Positions 12,672 to 27,316 of a stretch of 64,000 bases of DNA are shown here, piece by piece (the first letter of the stretch is position 1; every line of letters starts with the position of its first letter). The DNA comes from Octopus sinensis. Its lineage: Eukaryota. A model generated the notes under the pieces. It searched no databases. It was not told where the DNA came from and saw only the letters and a program-made list of their open reading frames with translations. The position numbers and the translations under genes were made by a program. Location: assembly GCF_006345805.1 (NCBI RefSeq), contig NC_042998.1, forward strand, positions 179,924,001 through 179,988,000, given 5' to 3'.

Positions 12672-13069
12672 TCTTTTACTTGTTTCAGTCATTTGACTGC
12701 GGCCATGCTGGAGCACCTCCTTTAATCGAGCAACTCGACCCCGGGACTTATTCTTTTGTAAGCCCAGTACTTATTCTATCGGTCTCTTTTGCCGAACCGC
12801 TAAGTAACGGGGACGTAAACACACCAGCATCGGTTGTCAAGCAATGCTAGGGGGACAAACACGGACACACAAACACACACACGCATATGTATATATACAT
12901 ATATACGACGGGTTTCTTTCAGTTTCCGTCTACCAAATCCACTCACAAGGCTTTGGTCGGCTCGAGGCTATAGTAGAAGACACTTGCCCAAGGTGCCACG
13001 CAGTGGGACTGAACCCGGAACCATGTGGTTCGTGAACAAGCTACTTACCACACAGCCACTCCTGCGCCT
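12672..13069 (-). mobile_element. CORE-like SINE (family A), near full length
   Basis: Minus strand AGGCGCAGGAGTGGCTGTGTGGTAAG...GGTTCCGGGTTCAGTCCCACTGCGTGGCACCTTGGGCAAGTGTCTTC, an internal (TG/TA) tract, and a tail ending GACTGAAACAAGTAAAAG. Confidence 0.9.
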
Positions 13070-13491
13070 GTTCATTATTTTAAAAGGAAAATGTTGTTGA
13101 TAGTAACTTCAAAGTTTCGACCAGCTAAACCATTGTCAGAGTACGATGTATTAGAGTTAGTCTTGCTTTTATATAGTCTCTGCTGTGTTAAAATCTTCCA
13201 TGGGCGTGTGTGTTTCAGTGGGGGTAGTAATTAGGTTTTTGTGGTTGCCTATTATGCAAAAGTGTTTTGGAGAAATTTTAATTGGTTAAACTTGAGGTTA
13301 TGCTATTGTTTAGAATTTATTCATGTATGTAGAACTTTGTAAACAGGCCTCTGGGTGTTAATTGGACACAAGGAGTGACAGTAAATTTTTGCTTTTGGTA
13401 TTATTGGATTTAATCCACTTGCTTTGACAATGTAAAGGTCAAAGTTACAATGTCCAGTATTTAAGCCTTTAATAATTGGGTGTATATTTTA

Positions 13492-13966
13492 TCTTTTACT
13501 AGTTTTGGTCATCATACTGCGGCCATCCTGGGGTACCGCCTTGAATTTTCAATCGAATGAATCGACCTCATTATTTCATTTTTTTTACGTCTGGTGCTTA
13601 TTCTATCGATCTCTTTTGGCGCTAAGTTACGGAGACATAAAGACACCAACACCGGTTGTCAAGCGGTGCTGGGGAAGAAGCACAGACACAAAGGCACACA
13701 CTCACAAACACACATACACACACACACACACACTTACACACAAACACACACACAGACACACAAGCATTCACACATACATTCACGAACACAAACACACATG
13801 CACACACACACACATATATACGACGGGTTTCATTCAGTTTCCGTCAACCAAATCCACTCGCAAGGCATTGGTCGACCCGGAGCTATAGAAGAAGACACTT
13901 GCGCAAGGTACCACGCAGTGGGACTGAACCCGGAACTATGTGTTTAGGAAGCAAACTTCTTACCAC
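13492..13966 (-). mobile_element. CORE-like SINE (family A), diverged, with expanded internal (CA)n
   Basis: Same head, CORE-like segment and tail order as 12672-13069. Confidence 0.8.
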
Positions 13967-14238
13967 AAAGGTCAACTTTTTTCCACCAAAGAATGGAGAA
14001 ACAAATATATCTTAAATGCAGAATCCATTATACGGACCACAGTAGTGTTATTTTTGAAGAATATTCCATCAGGAAATGCGTCGCGTAAAACGTATTTTAT
14101 ATACTTCAAAATCATTACTCAATCGAGGGAAAAGAAATTGTTCTTATGATTCGAGAGGGAATAATAGAATCGACACCAAATTCTTAATTCACAGCCCGCT
14201 ATAATTTTTTGTTTCCTTTTTATTTTCACCATTTATGC

Positions 14239-14285
<47 letters not shown>

Positions 14286-14308
14286 ACAGATTGATAGATA
14301 GATAGATA

Positions 14309-14676
14309 AGTTTCTTTATTGGCCACACAGGGCTGCACACAGATGGGACGAGTTACAAGGCAGATCTTTTCTTTTTGGGGATGAAAAAAAAAAGGTGGCG
14401 TAGGTTTTCGATCAAAAGGGATCGTAAAAGGGGAAAAAAAGGAAGAGGGAAAAGAAAAAAAGAAAAAAGAGAAAAGGAACAAAAGAAAAGAAAAATGAAA
14501 AAAGAAGAAAAAAGAGAAAAAAGGGGAAGAGGAAAAAAAAACGAACAATAGGGATCGTGTATCACAGTGTCATGATGTATGGTGTAAAGGGGAAAGCAAG
14601 TAAGGTTTATCCGTGGGAAGAAAAGCTTACGAAAAAGACCACGGTAACCTTGGTCAATATTGTTATATGTTACCAC

Positions 14677-14677
<1 letters not shown>
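14309..14677 (-). mobile_element. L1/Tx1-like retroelement 3' UTR inserted in a (GATA)n array
   Basis: Reverse complement of the 3' UTR at 50280-50631 and 51070-51335. Ends ...GTGTGGCCAATAAAGAAAC followed by (TATC)n, with (GATA)n on both sides. Confidence 0.7.
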
Positions 14678-14751
<74 letters not shown>

Positions 14752-14760
14752 TATAGATAT

Positions 14761-14892
14761 GTTTCCTTATTAGCCACACAGAGATGAACACAGAGGGGAC
14801 AAATTACAAAGTAGAGCTTTACTTTTTGGGGAGAAAAACAGGGGGTGGTAGGTTTTCGATCAAAAGGGACCGTAAAAAAAAACGATCAATAT
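14761..14892 (-). mobile_element. Short 5'-truncated copy of the same Tx1-like 3' UTR in (GATA)n
   Basis: GATCGAAAACCTACC...GTGTGGCTAATAAGGAAAC on the minus strand, flanked by (GATA)n. Confidence 0.65.
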
Positions 14893-14925
14893 TGATAGAT
14901 ACATATATAGATGGCTGGCTGGCTG

Positions 14926-15042
<117 letters not shown>

Positions 15043-15049
15043 GTAATAG

Positions 15050-15081
<32 letters not shown>

Positions 15082-15111
15082 ATAGATAGGTAGATAGACA
15101 GACAGATAGAC

Positions 15112-15142
<31 letters not shown>

Positions 15143-15143
15143 C

Positions 15144-15234
<91 letters not shown>

Positions 15235-16057
15235 GAATATACAGTAGCTATACATAAATTATTTAGATTGAAAGATAACGGAATGTATATACGGACTGAA
15301 ATATAAATTACTTAGATTGAAATAGACTGGAATCTATACATATACAGATATACACGCATGCTTGCATACAAACATACACGCAATATGCACACACACAGAT
15401 AATACACACATGTATACACACACATGCATGTATATATAAATATATTTACATGTATACACATATATGCATCTATATGTGTGTTTCTGTTCCTGTGATGTCT
15501 GTGTGTATAAGCGTGTGTATATGCGTGCGTGTTGATAGACAAATAGATAAATATGCTGTCATATTATTTCTACAACAACCAAAGAAGTAAAAACACAAAA
15601 AAAGAAGACAATTCCGCGAAGTAATGGAAAGTGAGACCATGGATGGTGGAATTTAAATGAAAAGGGTCATTGTGAGAGAAATGTCTCTACTTGAGAAGTG
15701 TTGAAAATAGGAGCGGTTTTAGTCATAAAGTAAGAACCATTAACACGTTTCATTAAAGAAATGGCCTTGGAAGTATCATTGGCCGTATATAATATGTTAG
15801 CAGGGCATTTGTTATTCTAGAAAACAAAGAAAGATTATGCAGCGCCAGATATGCAAATGATTTTGTTACGTATCTATTTCTATTACTCCACCTAAACTTC
15901 CAGAAATAGATTTACTAGTAGACTTACTAGTGTTCTGCCTATGTTTACAAGTTAGCAACTAATAATTCTGCCATTATTAACTCTTGAAAATCAAACCAAG
16001 TAAAACGCTTCAATATAAACCACTTTTGCATGGGTACAAAGCAACAGATTTAATATA

Positions 16058-16288
16058 TTTTTTTTATTGCCCACAAGGGGCTAAACAAAGAGGGGACAAA
16101 CAAGGACAGACAAACGGATTAAGTCGATTATATTGACCCCAGTGCGTAACTGGTACTTAATTTATCGACCCCGAAAGGATGAAAGGCAAAGTCGACCTCG
16201 GCGGAATTTGAACTCAGAAAGTAACGGCAGACGAAATACGGCTACGCATTTCGCCCGGTGTGCTAACGTTTCTGCCAGCTCGCCGCCT
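16058..16288 (-). mobile_element. Deu/Nin-like SINE (family B), full length, flanked by a 137-bp direct repeat
   Basis: Reverse complement of 8955-9188. Flanks 15893-16057 and 16289-16425 are direct repeats differing by one substitution and one 28-bp indel. Confidence 0.9.
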
Positions 16289-17064
16289 TAAACTTCCAGA
16301 AATAGATTTACTAGTAGACTTAGCAACTAATAATTCTGCCATTATTAACTCTTGAAAATCAAACCAAGTAAAACGCTTCAATATAAACCGCTTTTGCATG
16401 GGTACAAAGCAACAGATTTAATATAAACGTAATATAAACGCTACCCTAAACCTAGATTAATCTAATGTTCCACGCGTGACAAATAAGCAACTAATAATTT
16501 TGCTGTTATTAGCTATTTAAAACTAGACTAAAAGTATCAATATAAACTGCTCTTACATTAGTACAAAGGATCTGATATAATACAAACTCAATATAGATTT
16601 GTGACTAGAAATTGGTTGACGAAAAGTATGTGGAAGCCATTCGAAGGGCTTCTTTCCATTGTTCAGTGTCAGACATAATGCATGAGCTGGTTTAGAATCC
16701 CAATCTGATTCTTCTATGCCTTTAATGAAGTATTAATTGGTTAACGAAGCAGCACGCGACTACATGTCAATGAATTGCTGAATAAAAGATGACCCATTCG
16801 CTCATATGAACATATACATACGCGTGTCATTCACTCACTTATCTAATTCAATCAGATAGCAATATCTACACACACACACACACGCACACACACACACACA
16901 CACGCGCACACACACACACATGAATACATATATATATATATATATACGCACTTACATACACACACGGACATACATACTCCCGCACACACACATGTATGTA
17001 TGTTATTCTTAAACAAGAATATTACTGACTGTGAGTTTGAAGTTTCAGTCACCTAAGCTATATT

Positions 17065-17656
17065 TATTTCTTTATTGTCCACAAGGGGCTAAACATAGAG
17101 GGGACAAACAAAAGGGATTAAGTCGATTACATCGACCCCAGTGCGTAACTGGTACTTTATTTAATCGACCCAGAAACGATGAAGGACAAAGTCGACCTCG
17201 GCGGAATTTGAACTCAGAACGTAACGGCAGACAAAATACCTATTTCTTTACTACCCACAAGGGGCTAAACACAGAGAGGACAAACAAGGACAGACAAACG
17301 GATTAAATCGATTACATCGACCCCAGGGCCTAACTGGTACTTATTTAATCGACCCCGAAAGGATGAAAGGCAAAGTCGACCTCGGCGGAATTTGAACCCA
17401 GAACGTAGCGGCAGACGAAATACCTATTTCTTTATTACCCACAAGACTCTAAACACAGAGGGGACAAACAAGGACAGACATAGTTATTAAGTCGATTACA
17501 TCGACCCCAGTGCGTAACTGGTACTTAATTTATCGACCCTGAAACGATGAAAGACAAAGTCGACCTCGGCGGAATTTGAACTCAGAACGTAGCGGCAGAC
17601 AAAATACCGCTAAGCATTTCACCCGGCGTGCTAACGATTCTGCCAGCTCGCAGCCT
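17065..17656 (-). mobile_element. Tandem trimer of family B SINE
   Basis: Units start at 17065, 17241 and 17425. Only the last carries the head, and both junctions read AAATACC|TATTTC. Confidence 0.9.
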
Positions 17657-20344
17657 TGTCGGACTGTGATGCATTGAAGTTAATCTTGGCTTTATATAGT
17701 CTCTCTTGAGATAAAATATTCCTTGGGTATATGGGTTTGAGTGCAGTGGTAATTAAGTTTTAGAGTGAGTTGTTAATATTTCTTCAGCTTTGGAGGTGAA
17801 AATGTAGTCTTAGAAAACTCTTATGATTGTCCCTAATGGGACTAGTAGAATTTTTCTTCTTTTCGAACACCTGAATCTATAGATGTTTTATGAAAGTATG
17901 ATGTTCCATTTGCCAATCACATTGTTGCTGTTGTTATATAGTCAAGATGTTAATATCCAATGATATTTAGGTTTGAAAGGTTTTCCAATTATCGCACATT
18001 GATATCCGCGATTCCGAACTCACCCCCCACCGCTCTAAATGGGAATTTCCATTTTAAGTCATTTTCAAGGGATGAACATTGATATTTAGAATATTTTAAA
18101 TGCTGTATTTTAACTTTCTATACTCACCATCAGGTTCATTTCAGAATATATATGATTTTACATAGTTTCAACTTAGTGATAAGAAGTTATTCTGGTTCAA
18201 AAATTTAAAAAAAGAAAAAAAGAAAAAATAACACCGAATTTCGAAACTCTTTCATTTTGTCCCGTTTTTGACACACCCGTTCTACAAGTAAAAAGGCTTT
18301 AGAGTGAATGAATTCACATGTTCTGTTAAGATTTTGCACCTTACTGTCAAATTAGAGAAATTCGGATGCACTCCATCTGTTGTTATTAAGTAATCGCGGC
18401 CTAAACTTTAAATTTTTAAAAGAATAGCTCCGAAGACATAGACATTTGCAATTTTCAGTTGGCAATTTTTTCTACAATGGCTGAATTAAAAGAATTGATC
18501 TTTAGTGTCTGAGGGACTTAAGATGGTGGGAATGAAAGTACATCCAAATTTACATTAATCCAATAATTTTTATTGTCTTCTTTTTTTAATGATAAAAATG
18601 AAGCTTAAAGGAAATTTAGCTGCTCAGTCTAGTAGATTGGATGACTGTCTTTCCTAGGCTAACTGTTTGATGCGTTTTCGCGGAAGAAAATTCTATCTGA
18701 AAGCTAAAAAAAAAATCGCATTAAGGAGTTCTAGCATAATAAATGTTTACGTGAAAGGACCACCGATAATATATGAGTTAAATACCACACGCACACACAT
18801 TATATATATAGAGAGAAGTGTTAGATAAATGTGCTTGTGTGTGTGCGTGCATGTGTGGTGAAAGAGCATCTATATCGATATTAGATATGTATGCGCTTGT
18901 TTGTGGTGATAACTGTAGCAGTCGTCAGTTATATAGAACATAAAAAAAAACATCATTAAAGAACAATATAGATTTCACGATTTTATTTGTATTTTTCATT
19001 ATGGCAGAAAAACTGAAAACAAAAATAATTTTAGTCTATAAAAGAAAGAATAATGTTATCTCAGGTAATGGGTATGGGACTTGGGAAAGCTGGAAAAAGC
19101 TTTTTTAAAATTGAATTAATTTTTATTTTTTGAGTTGTTCATTTTTGTTGCTCAAATGTTTTACGGTATATGAATGTCCCCCTGGTTACAAAATGTTATT
19201 TGAATCACTTTATATTTAAGCTGCTGTATTCTCCGATCTACTCAACAAACAATTAATTATGCTCGATAAATTTTTGTTGTCCTTTTTTTTGTTTTCTTGT
19301 TTTGTTAATCAGTTGTTTATAAAATTTTATTTTTTTTCCAGCTACATAATAGCATAAGCGAATACAGATCTTTTTTTATTGTCTTATTTTGCAATAATAG
19401 ATCACTTCACCTTATGATAGTAGCTGCGATCGGTATTAAACTATAGGTTACGCCATTTTGTGTAGTAGGTATGATGTACGACAATATTACAGTTTTCTCT
19501 TTTTTTCCCCCCTTCCCGTTACTCTCATTTCTATTCGTTGTTGTGACTTGTGGCAGTAAAGAAGACAGAGGAAGAGGAAGTAAGGGAGGGAGAGAAAGAG
19601 AGAAAAAATTTTAAATATTCCTACCCAAAATAAACTAAATTTGTTTTCCGTTAATGATCAGTTTAATTGAGATTAAATAAGAACATTAATTTGTATGTTG
19701 TATTTTCCTGTGTTTACACCTATTCTGGATGAATGAGCGACGTTAAGTTTAATTAAGGACAAAAATTCTTTACTGTTGTTGTAAATAAAAATGAGAAATC
19801 AAAACAAATTGAACAAAGGAACGAAAACAAATGCCTGCTTGTCAAAATCTTCAAGCGTGTAATATTCTTTTGTCTATTAATGCACATACCGCAGATTTTC
19901 AGCTAGAAACGAAAACTGCTTCCGTTAAAGAGAAGTAAAAAAATAATAAATAAATATTAAAAAATAAAAAATAAAAAAGCAAAAAATATAAATAAGAAAA
20001 CTCTTTGATATGTTTGATGATTGAGTATTAATAAAATATTATCACTCATTCTTTAGTTCTATTCTTCAATTCCACCCGCCAAACGCATTGTATAAACACA
20101 ACTTCCTGTGTTTGTAGGCTTTTGTTTCTGTTTCGTATACATGTTTACAGAATATGGATTATTGGCACAATGCTATTACTATGCTCTATCACCATGTACT
20201 AAGAAAGGAGCCTATAAGCTGTAGTTCCATATGTTGGAATTATTAGTAGCCAAATCTCTTTCGAATTTGACAGAACCGCCTTTAAAATGGATGAGGATAC
20301 CGGATAAAGAAGTAGGTACAAGGAAAGACTGAAGATATTATGGA

Positions 20345-20520
20345 GGGAGCTTGTCGATTATGTAGACCCCAGTCCCCGACTGATAATTACTTTATCGATT
20401 CCGAAAGATGACATGAAAGTCGATTTCGGCGGAATTGGTAATCAGAACGTAAAGAGCCGCAAGAAATACTGCTGAGCATTTGTCCGACACGCTAATGATT
20501 CTATCAGCCCGCCACCTTCA
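20345..20520 (-). mobile_element. Degenerate family B SINE
   Basis: TTTATCGATTCCGAAAGATG...GTCGATTTCGGCGGAATT...CAGAACGTAAAG aligns with family B. Confidence 0.65.
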
Positions 20521-21754
20521 TGAAAACAAGCAAGTTTGAACGTTAGTGCAATGTAATATACACATTAAACAAGCTGAGCCATCGAGGAAACCACTATGCA
20601 GTCGCTCTACTACCAGATATAGCAGCCAAGTCTTGCTCAAACTACAATCTAAAGTCTTATAAAAGTAAGAGCATTTTGGATATTGAATTTTTATATATAG
20701 TGCCCGGAAAATTCAAATAAAAAGACGGAATGGGCATGGCTGAATCGCCTTTGATTGCACGGCAACAAGAATTACAACGACTAAAATAACATTAAACTGT
20801 ATTTTCTATGGCAGTGATTTACATGTAGGTGAAATAAGTGACTTAGAGAGAAGTTTCTATACTTATGAGCAGCTTCAAACTCTCAATCATCAGACCAATA
20901 GAAGATTCGGTCAATACAATGAGGTACGAAACATTTCCTAGTCTATTTCAGAAACCAATGGTCGACGAATATGGTACTTATCTCCATATTCACTAATGTT
21001 AAGTGTTAAATTTCAGATACAAAAGAGCACAACTCCTTTCACAGACCAAGCCAGAGAAAATAAACAAGGTTAGTTAATATACTACAAGCAAGAAATCCAA
21101 CCTTCGGTACTGCAGTTATTTTTCCGCTGCTTTTTCGAATTTCCATGGCTCTCTGTGGTCATCCAATTCCATTATTATGAATTTGAATCAGGAGTTTGAA
21201 TCATAATGAATCTTCCATTAGCTGGTTACTTAAACATGGATACCACCCGTACGGATATATTGCAGCTACTCCCTTGATAGAGGTTGGTGATCCTGATTGT
21301 TGGTCTTCTGGGATTCCTCCTCCCAAGATCAATGTAAGAAGCAGCGTTGTCTTAGTTGAGCTCTTCCACTACCTCTTCACAATATACCATGCTGCAGTCC
21401 CATGACTTCACTCTAACTATGCAGGGCACGGTCGTCACTCCCTGAAGTATTTTCTAACTACTCGTACTGCATATCAACATATTAACTTCCTCACTGTCCC
21501 CGCTGCTTACACCAATAGATTATACTACTAACATTCTAAAACGAGGATAGAGCTAACGAGAGGGCCTCTTTCAAATAGTTTCATGAAGTGCATGCATTCC
21601 ATCATTCACAAGTTGGATTGCTGCTATGCTTTCACTCAATTCCCGTCTTTCAAATTGCAGTTACAAACGGCTACACTTACCCAAGATACTGCATAATAAT
21701 ACTTTATACCTTAGGCACAAAGCCTGATATTTTTGAGGAAATGGCAGTCGATTC

Positions 21755-21908
21755 TGCGGACCCTAGTACTTGACACGTAATTATTTTATTGACCCTGAAA
21801 GGATGAGCCTCAACAAAGTCGATACCGTCGGAATTTGAACTCAGAACGCAAAACTGGAAGGAATGCATTTGTCCAGCGTGCTCACGATTTTACCGGCTCG
21901 CTGCCTTA
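21755..21908 (-). mobile_element. Degenerate family B SINE
   Basis: GACCCTGAAAGGATGA...GGAATTTGAACTCAGAACG...GCTCGCTGCCTT. Confidence 0.65.
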
Positions 21909-22379
21909 AAGTTCTGCATACCACTAAATTGAACAAGGAAGAAGTGGATTCTTAATCACTTGGTTGTGAAGTGAATTCTTAATCACAGCGTCATACTAGC
22001 GACTATGATGTGAAGTGATTGCCTGAGCATAAGAACAAATAAACAAGCAGACAAACAAGGTGTACAGTATAACAGTTTATTCCAGTATACTGGATGAAGG
22101 TCGTTGGGTACGTTCGAATGCGAAAGTAAAGCAATGCTGCCAACGAAGAAATTAGAAACATCGATAACATTGACTCCAACGATGGAAAGTTCAGTGGTTT
22201 GGTAGTGATGATGTCAGTGATTATGCAGATGTTGAAGCTGGTAATACGATAGTAAGGAGTGGGTGAGGGTGAGGGTGAGCGGAGCGTCGTTAGAGGTAAT
22301 TTTAGTGGTATAATGGGATGATAATGGAGGTTGTGGCGTAGTTGTTGAGATAGTTGTGGCGGTCGGAGGATTGGTGGTA

Positions 22380-23693
22380 GTAGAGAGTCAGAGGTGGTGG
22401 TGATGGTGGTGGTGATGGTAGTGGTGGTGGTGGTGATGGTGGTGGTGGTGGTGGTGGTGGCGGTGATGGTTGCGGCGGTGCTAGCGATGATGGTAGTGGT
22501 AGTGGTGGTAGTTTTGGTGATGGTGGTGGTGGTTGTGATAGTGGTGATGGTGGTAGTAGTGATGATGGTAGTGGTGATAGAAGTTGTGGTGGAAATGATG
22601 ATGGTGGTGGTGGTGGTGGTGGTAGTGGTAGTGATTGTGATAGTAGGATAGTGCCGGGGATATCGGTGGTGTTATAATGGTGGCTGTTTGGTGATGATAA
22701 TGCTTGTGGGCGAAGTTGTTCCGATGATTGTTGCGAGAGTAGCATAGGTGGTAGTAATAGTGATGGAAATAGTGATATACTTATGAGGGTATTGGTGCTA
22801 GTACTGGTGGTGGTAGAATGATGAACACATGGATGGTAACGGCTGATGGTAAAGCCGTCGTAGTGGTGAAGTTGTGATGTTGGCAGCGGTGGTGGTGGTG
22901 ATGGTGGTGGTGATGGTAGTAGTGGTGATGGTGGTGGTGGTGGTGATGATGGTGGTAGTGGTGGTGGTGTGTTGGTGATGGCTGGTTGTTGGTGGTGGTG
23001 TGTTGGTGGTGGTGTGTTGGTGGTGGTGTGTTGGTGTTAAGTGTTAAATTTCGGAGATCCAAAAGAGCAAAATTCCTTTCACAAACCAAGCCAGAGAAAT
23101 AAACGAGGTTAGTTAATATACTGCAAGCATGTTGGTTGTAGTGGGGGTAGAAGTTGTGGTTGGGGTGATGGTGGTGGTTGTAAGGAAGGTGCTCTGATGG
23201 TACCAATGGTACCAGCAGCTTAGCGACGAGTGTAGTGGTAGTGATATTGGTACTAGTCTTGTGGGGTTTCCGGTAGAGTGGGTATTACAGTGAGTGTAAG
23301 GATAACGATGGTCAAGGTAGTGGTATCAGTGGTAATTGCAGTTAGGTGGTCGTAGTAGTAGTAGTAATAATAGTTGTTGTTGTTGTGGTATTAGTAGTGG
23401 AAGTAGTGATGGGGTGAAACTATAGCGTGTTGGTCATAGGTGTTGTAGTGGTATGATGGTGGTAGTAATCGTAGCGTAGGGGCGCAGAGGTGACATTTTC
23501 CCTGACGGTGGAGAATAGGTGGTAGTACTGACAACAGAAATGGTGGTGATCTACTGCTAGCATCATTATTATTAGTACTAATAATAATAGTAGTACTAGT
23601 AGAGCAGAATGGGGAATCTGGTGATGATTGCGGGAGTAGCAGTAGCAGTTGCGGTAGCAAGGGTAGTAGTTGATGTGGCATTGGTGGTAGCGG

Positions 23694-23779
<86 letters not shown>

Positions 23780-23820
23780 ATTGTTGTTGTCGTAGTAGCA
23801 ATAGTAGTAGTAGTAGTAAC

Positions 23821-23868
<48 letters not shown>

Positions 23869-23954
23869 GGTGGTGGTGGGTGGTTGTGGTGGTGAGGGCG
23901 GTGGTGGTGATGGTGGTGGTGGTGGTATTAAGGCTGACGATGATGACGACGATA

Positions 23955-23989
<35 letters not shown>

Positions 23990-24000
23990 AACGATATTTT
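22380..24000. repeat. Degenerate G/T-rich trinucleotide domain (GGT/GTA/GAT/TTA)
   Basis: Mixed triplet repeats with short unique islands; source of the poly-V/P/T ORFs. Confidence 0.9.
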
Positions 24001-24710
24001 GTAATGAGAAATTGATAACATCGACCGACCAATAAAGGAAAATAAAACTAAACAAAACAAAAGCAAAAAAAAAAAGAAAAAAAAATAGAAAAGAGACAGA
24101 AACAGAAACAGACTGAGAGAGAAGTGAAATATGAAAAGACAAAAGTCTCGGGTTGCTGGATGGATAACGGGTGGATAGATGGAAGAATAATATTTATTTG
24201 TTCACTTATTTTGCACGGAAATTTATTTCAAAGACAAATAATAAAACAAATTACAGAAATAACGAAAAACCAAAAAAAACAAAAAAAAATAACAAAATCA
24301 AATAAAGAACAAACTGAGGAGGATGGGGGTTTAGAGAAAGAAAAAGGAAGTTGAAGCAGGAATCTGAAGACAGTCTGTGAAATCAATTGAAAGCATGTCT
24401 AGATCGATATCACATGCTACCTTTACCTGACACTGATGTATTCCAACCGTATAAATTTATGTGGAAAACATGGCGAACAGCAGCGACCAAAGAATGCTCC
24501 GACTTCGAAAGTAACCAGATATTATGTACAAACACACACAGACACACACACACACACACACACAGATATGTATATATATATACATATATATATATATATT
24601 TATATATAAGCACATACACCAATACATATTCACAAATATTACACACATATTCACTTTTTCTCAATGTCTCCCGCTTTCTCCTCTCACCCTCTTTCTCTCT
24701 CTCTCTCTCA

Positions 24711-24746
<36 letters not shown>

Positions 24747-25068
24747 GTATATATTTATGTATGTATATATATATAATATATGTGGAAACCCTTTACTCAA
24801 ACCTCATCCTTGCTTGCAATGAGGTTATGTTGTGAAAGCTATCCCACCTCTCATTCATAAAGCAGCGTAGCCGATTCTGAAAGATCAATCGATAGACAAA
24901 TGTATACTTGGTTATAAAATGGTTTGTATGTATGTATGTATGTTATGTATGTATGTAGTATGTATGTATGTATGTATGTATGTATGTATGTAGTATGTAT
25001 GTATCTATCTATCTATCTATCTCTCTATCTCTCTCTATATATATATATGTGCGAATGTAGTGTGTGTA

Positions 25069-25143
<75 letters not shown>

Positions 25144-25152
25144 TATATATAT

Positions 25153-25184
<32 letters not shown>

Positions 25185-25461
25185 GTAGATAGATAGATAG
25201 AAAGTGAGAGAAGAGAATGAGAAAGGAGAGTGATAATGAAAAGGTATTTGTTAAATTTTGTCGATTCCAGAAGAATGAAAACGAAGTTATCCTCGGCCTG
25301 ATTTTTAACTTAAAGCACTACTAACCGACGCACATACGCGACTGTGCGCGCACATATACGCCCATACTTGCTTACAACTATGTTTGCACACACATCTACT
25401 TGCTTACCTACCTACCTACCTACCTATCTATATAGCTGTGGTTATATTTGTCCGTGTGTGC

Positions 25462-25518
<57 letters not shown>

Positions 25519-26002
25519 TGCGAATGTAGTGTGTGTATGTGTGTATGTGTGTTATGTGTTGTTATTCCATTTTATATAAATACCAGTGTATTCGTTACTT
25601 AATAACACTCAACAGAAATTCTTGGCTATCAGCACTTTAAGACTGACATTCAAATTTAAACAAATCCATTGGTGCATGAACTCCAGACGCTCGCCACCAG
25701 TACAACTGGTGTGTAAGAATTTAGTAGCGTAACTTATAAGTCAAAGAACAAGGCGAAGAGGCTAAGTAGCACAAGTTTAATACTCAGTTAAATCATTTCA
25801 GTACTGTCCCCTTCGACAGCATTCTTTAAAAATTGAGATAAAATATTCAATATCTGTATAAATCTACGCATGGCTGAATATACAAATGTGGTACTTTACC
25901 AGTCTATTGCCATGGTTTATTACTACAATACATGATGTAAAGCGAATTAGCATTGCTTCTATAGGGAAGAACCAGACAATGAAAATAAAAAAATTAAAGT
26001 GC

Positions 26003-26275
26003 TCTTTTACTTGTTTCAGTCATTTGACTGGGACCATGCTGTAGCACCGCCTTTAGTCGAGCAAATCGACCCCCAAGACTTATTCTTTGGAAGCCTAGTA
26101 CTTATTCTATCGGTATCTTAAGCCGAACCGCTAAGTTACGGGGACGTAAACACACCGGTATTGGTTGTCAAGCGATGTTGGGGTGACAAACACAGACACA
26201 CAAACATAAACACACACATACATATATACATACGACGGGCCTCTTTCAGTTTCCGTCCACCAAATCCACTCACAA
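26003..26275 (-). mobile_element. Family A SINE, headless 3' part
   Basis: TTTTACTTGTTTCAGTCATTTGACTG...CAAATCCACTCACAA matches 12672-12945. Confidence 0.8.
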
Positions 26276-26324
26276 AAATGTTGACATAAGGTCAGCAATT
26301 TTAGGCGAAACGGGCGAATCTTTT

Positions 26325-26868
26325 ACATCGATCTAGTACTTGATGGGTACTCTATTTTATCGACCCCTAAGGGATGTAAAGAAAAGTTGTCTTCGGTGAC
26401 ATTTGAACTCAGAACGTAAAGAACCGGAAGAAATACCGCTAAGTATTTTGTACAATGCGCTAATTAACGATTCAGCCAGCTTGTCGCCTTTTCGATAATG
26501 GTTTACTGTTTTGGCACAAGGCCAGTTATTTCGGGCCAGGGGTAAGTCGTTTACATCAACCACCGTCCTCAACTGGCACTTATTTCATCGGCCCTGAAAG
26601 TGGGACGAAGTGCCGCTAAGCATTTCGTCCAGTGTGTGAACGATAACAATAATGGTTTCAAATTTTTGCACAAGACTAGCAGTTTATGGAGAAGGGGGTT
26701 AAGATGTTTATATCGACCCCAGTACTCAACTCGTAGTTTTTTTATCGACCCTGAAAGGATAAAAGGCTAAGTCAACGTCGGTGGAATTTGAACTCAGAAT
26801 GTAAAGACGGACGAAATGGCGCAAAGCATATAGTCCAGCGTGCTAACCATTCTGCCAGCTCGTTGCCT
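26325..26868 (-). mobile_element. Three degenerate partial family B SINEs
   Basis: Repeated TTTATCGACCC...GAATTTGAACTCAGAA...GCTAAGCAT...CTGCCAGCTCG motifs. Confidence 0.65.
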
Positions 26869-27265
26869 TTGTTTCGATAATAATGATGAAAACAGCAACA
26901 ACAATGATGATAAGAATAAGGAAAACAATAAGGAAAACAATGGCAGTAATAGGCAATAATAAAATACTAGATCGTAATAAAAACCCAGCGTACGCAGAGA
27001 CGATTACCAGTAGGGTCTCGGCAATATTAACAATAATAGAAACGATAAAAGCGATTGGGTTACTCGGTAATAAAACTTTAAGATCCAGCAAGAGACACTT
27101 CGTCGGTGATGAGGGATATAGGCAAGAAGTCTGTAGGTTATCTTCTTCAACGAAGCTAGATAACGTAGTTTGACAGAATATAGAGACAGACTAATCAAAA
27201 GCGATAGTAGTGACATTCGAACCCCATATGCCAATGTTCAGATAAAGGTTGTCAGTGAAAAGAAG

Positions 27266-27316
<51 letters not shown>

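Noticed and set aside
20870-21070. Apparent chain of micro-exons
   Set aside because: The implied introns of 28 and 43 nt are too short to be credible.
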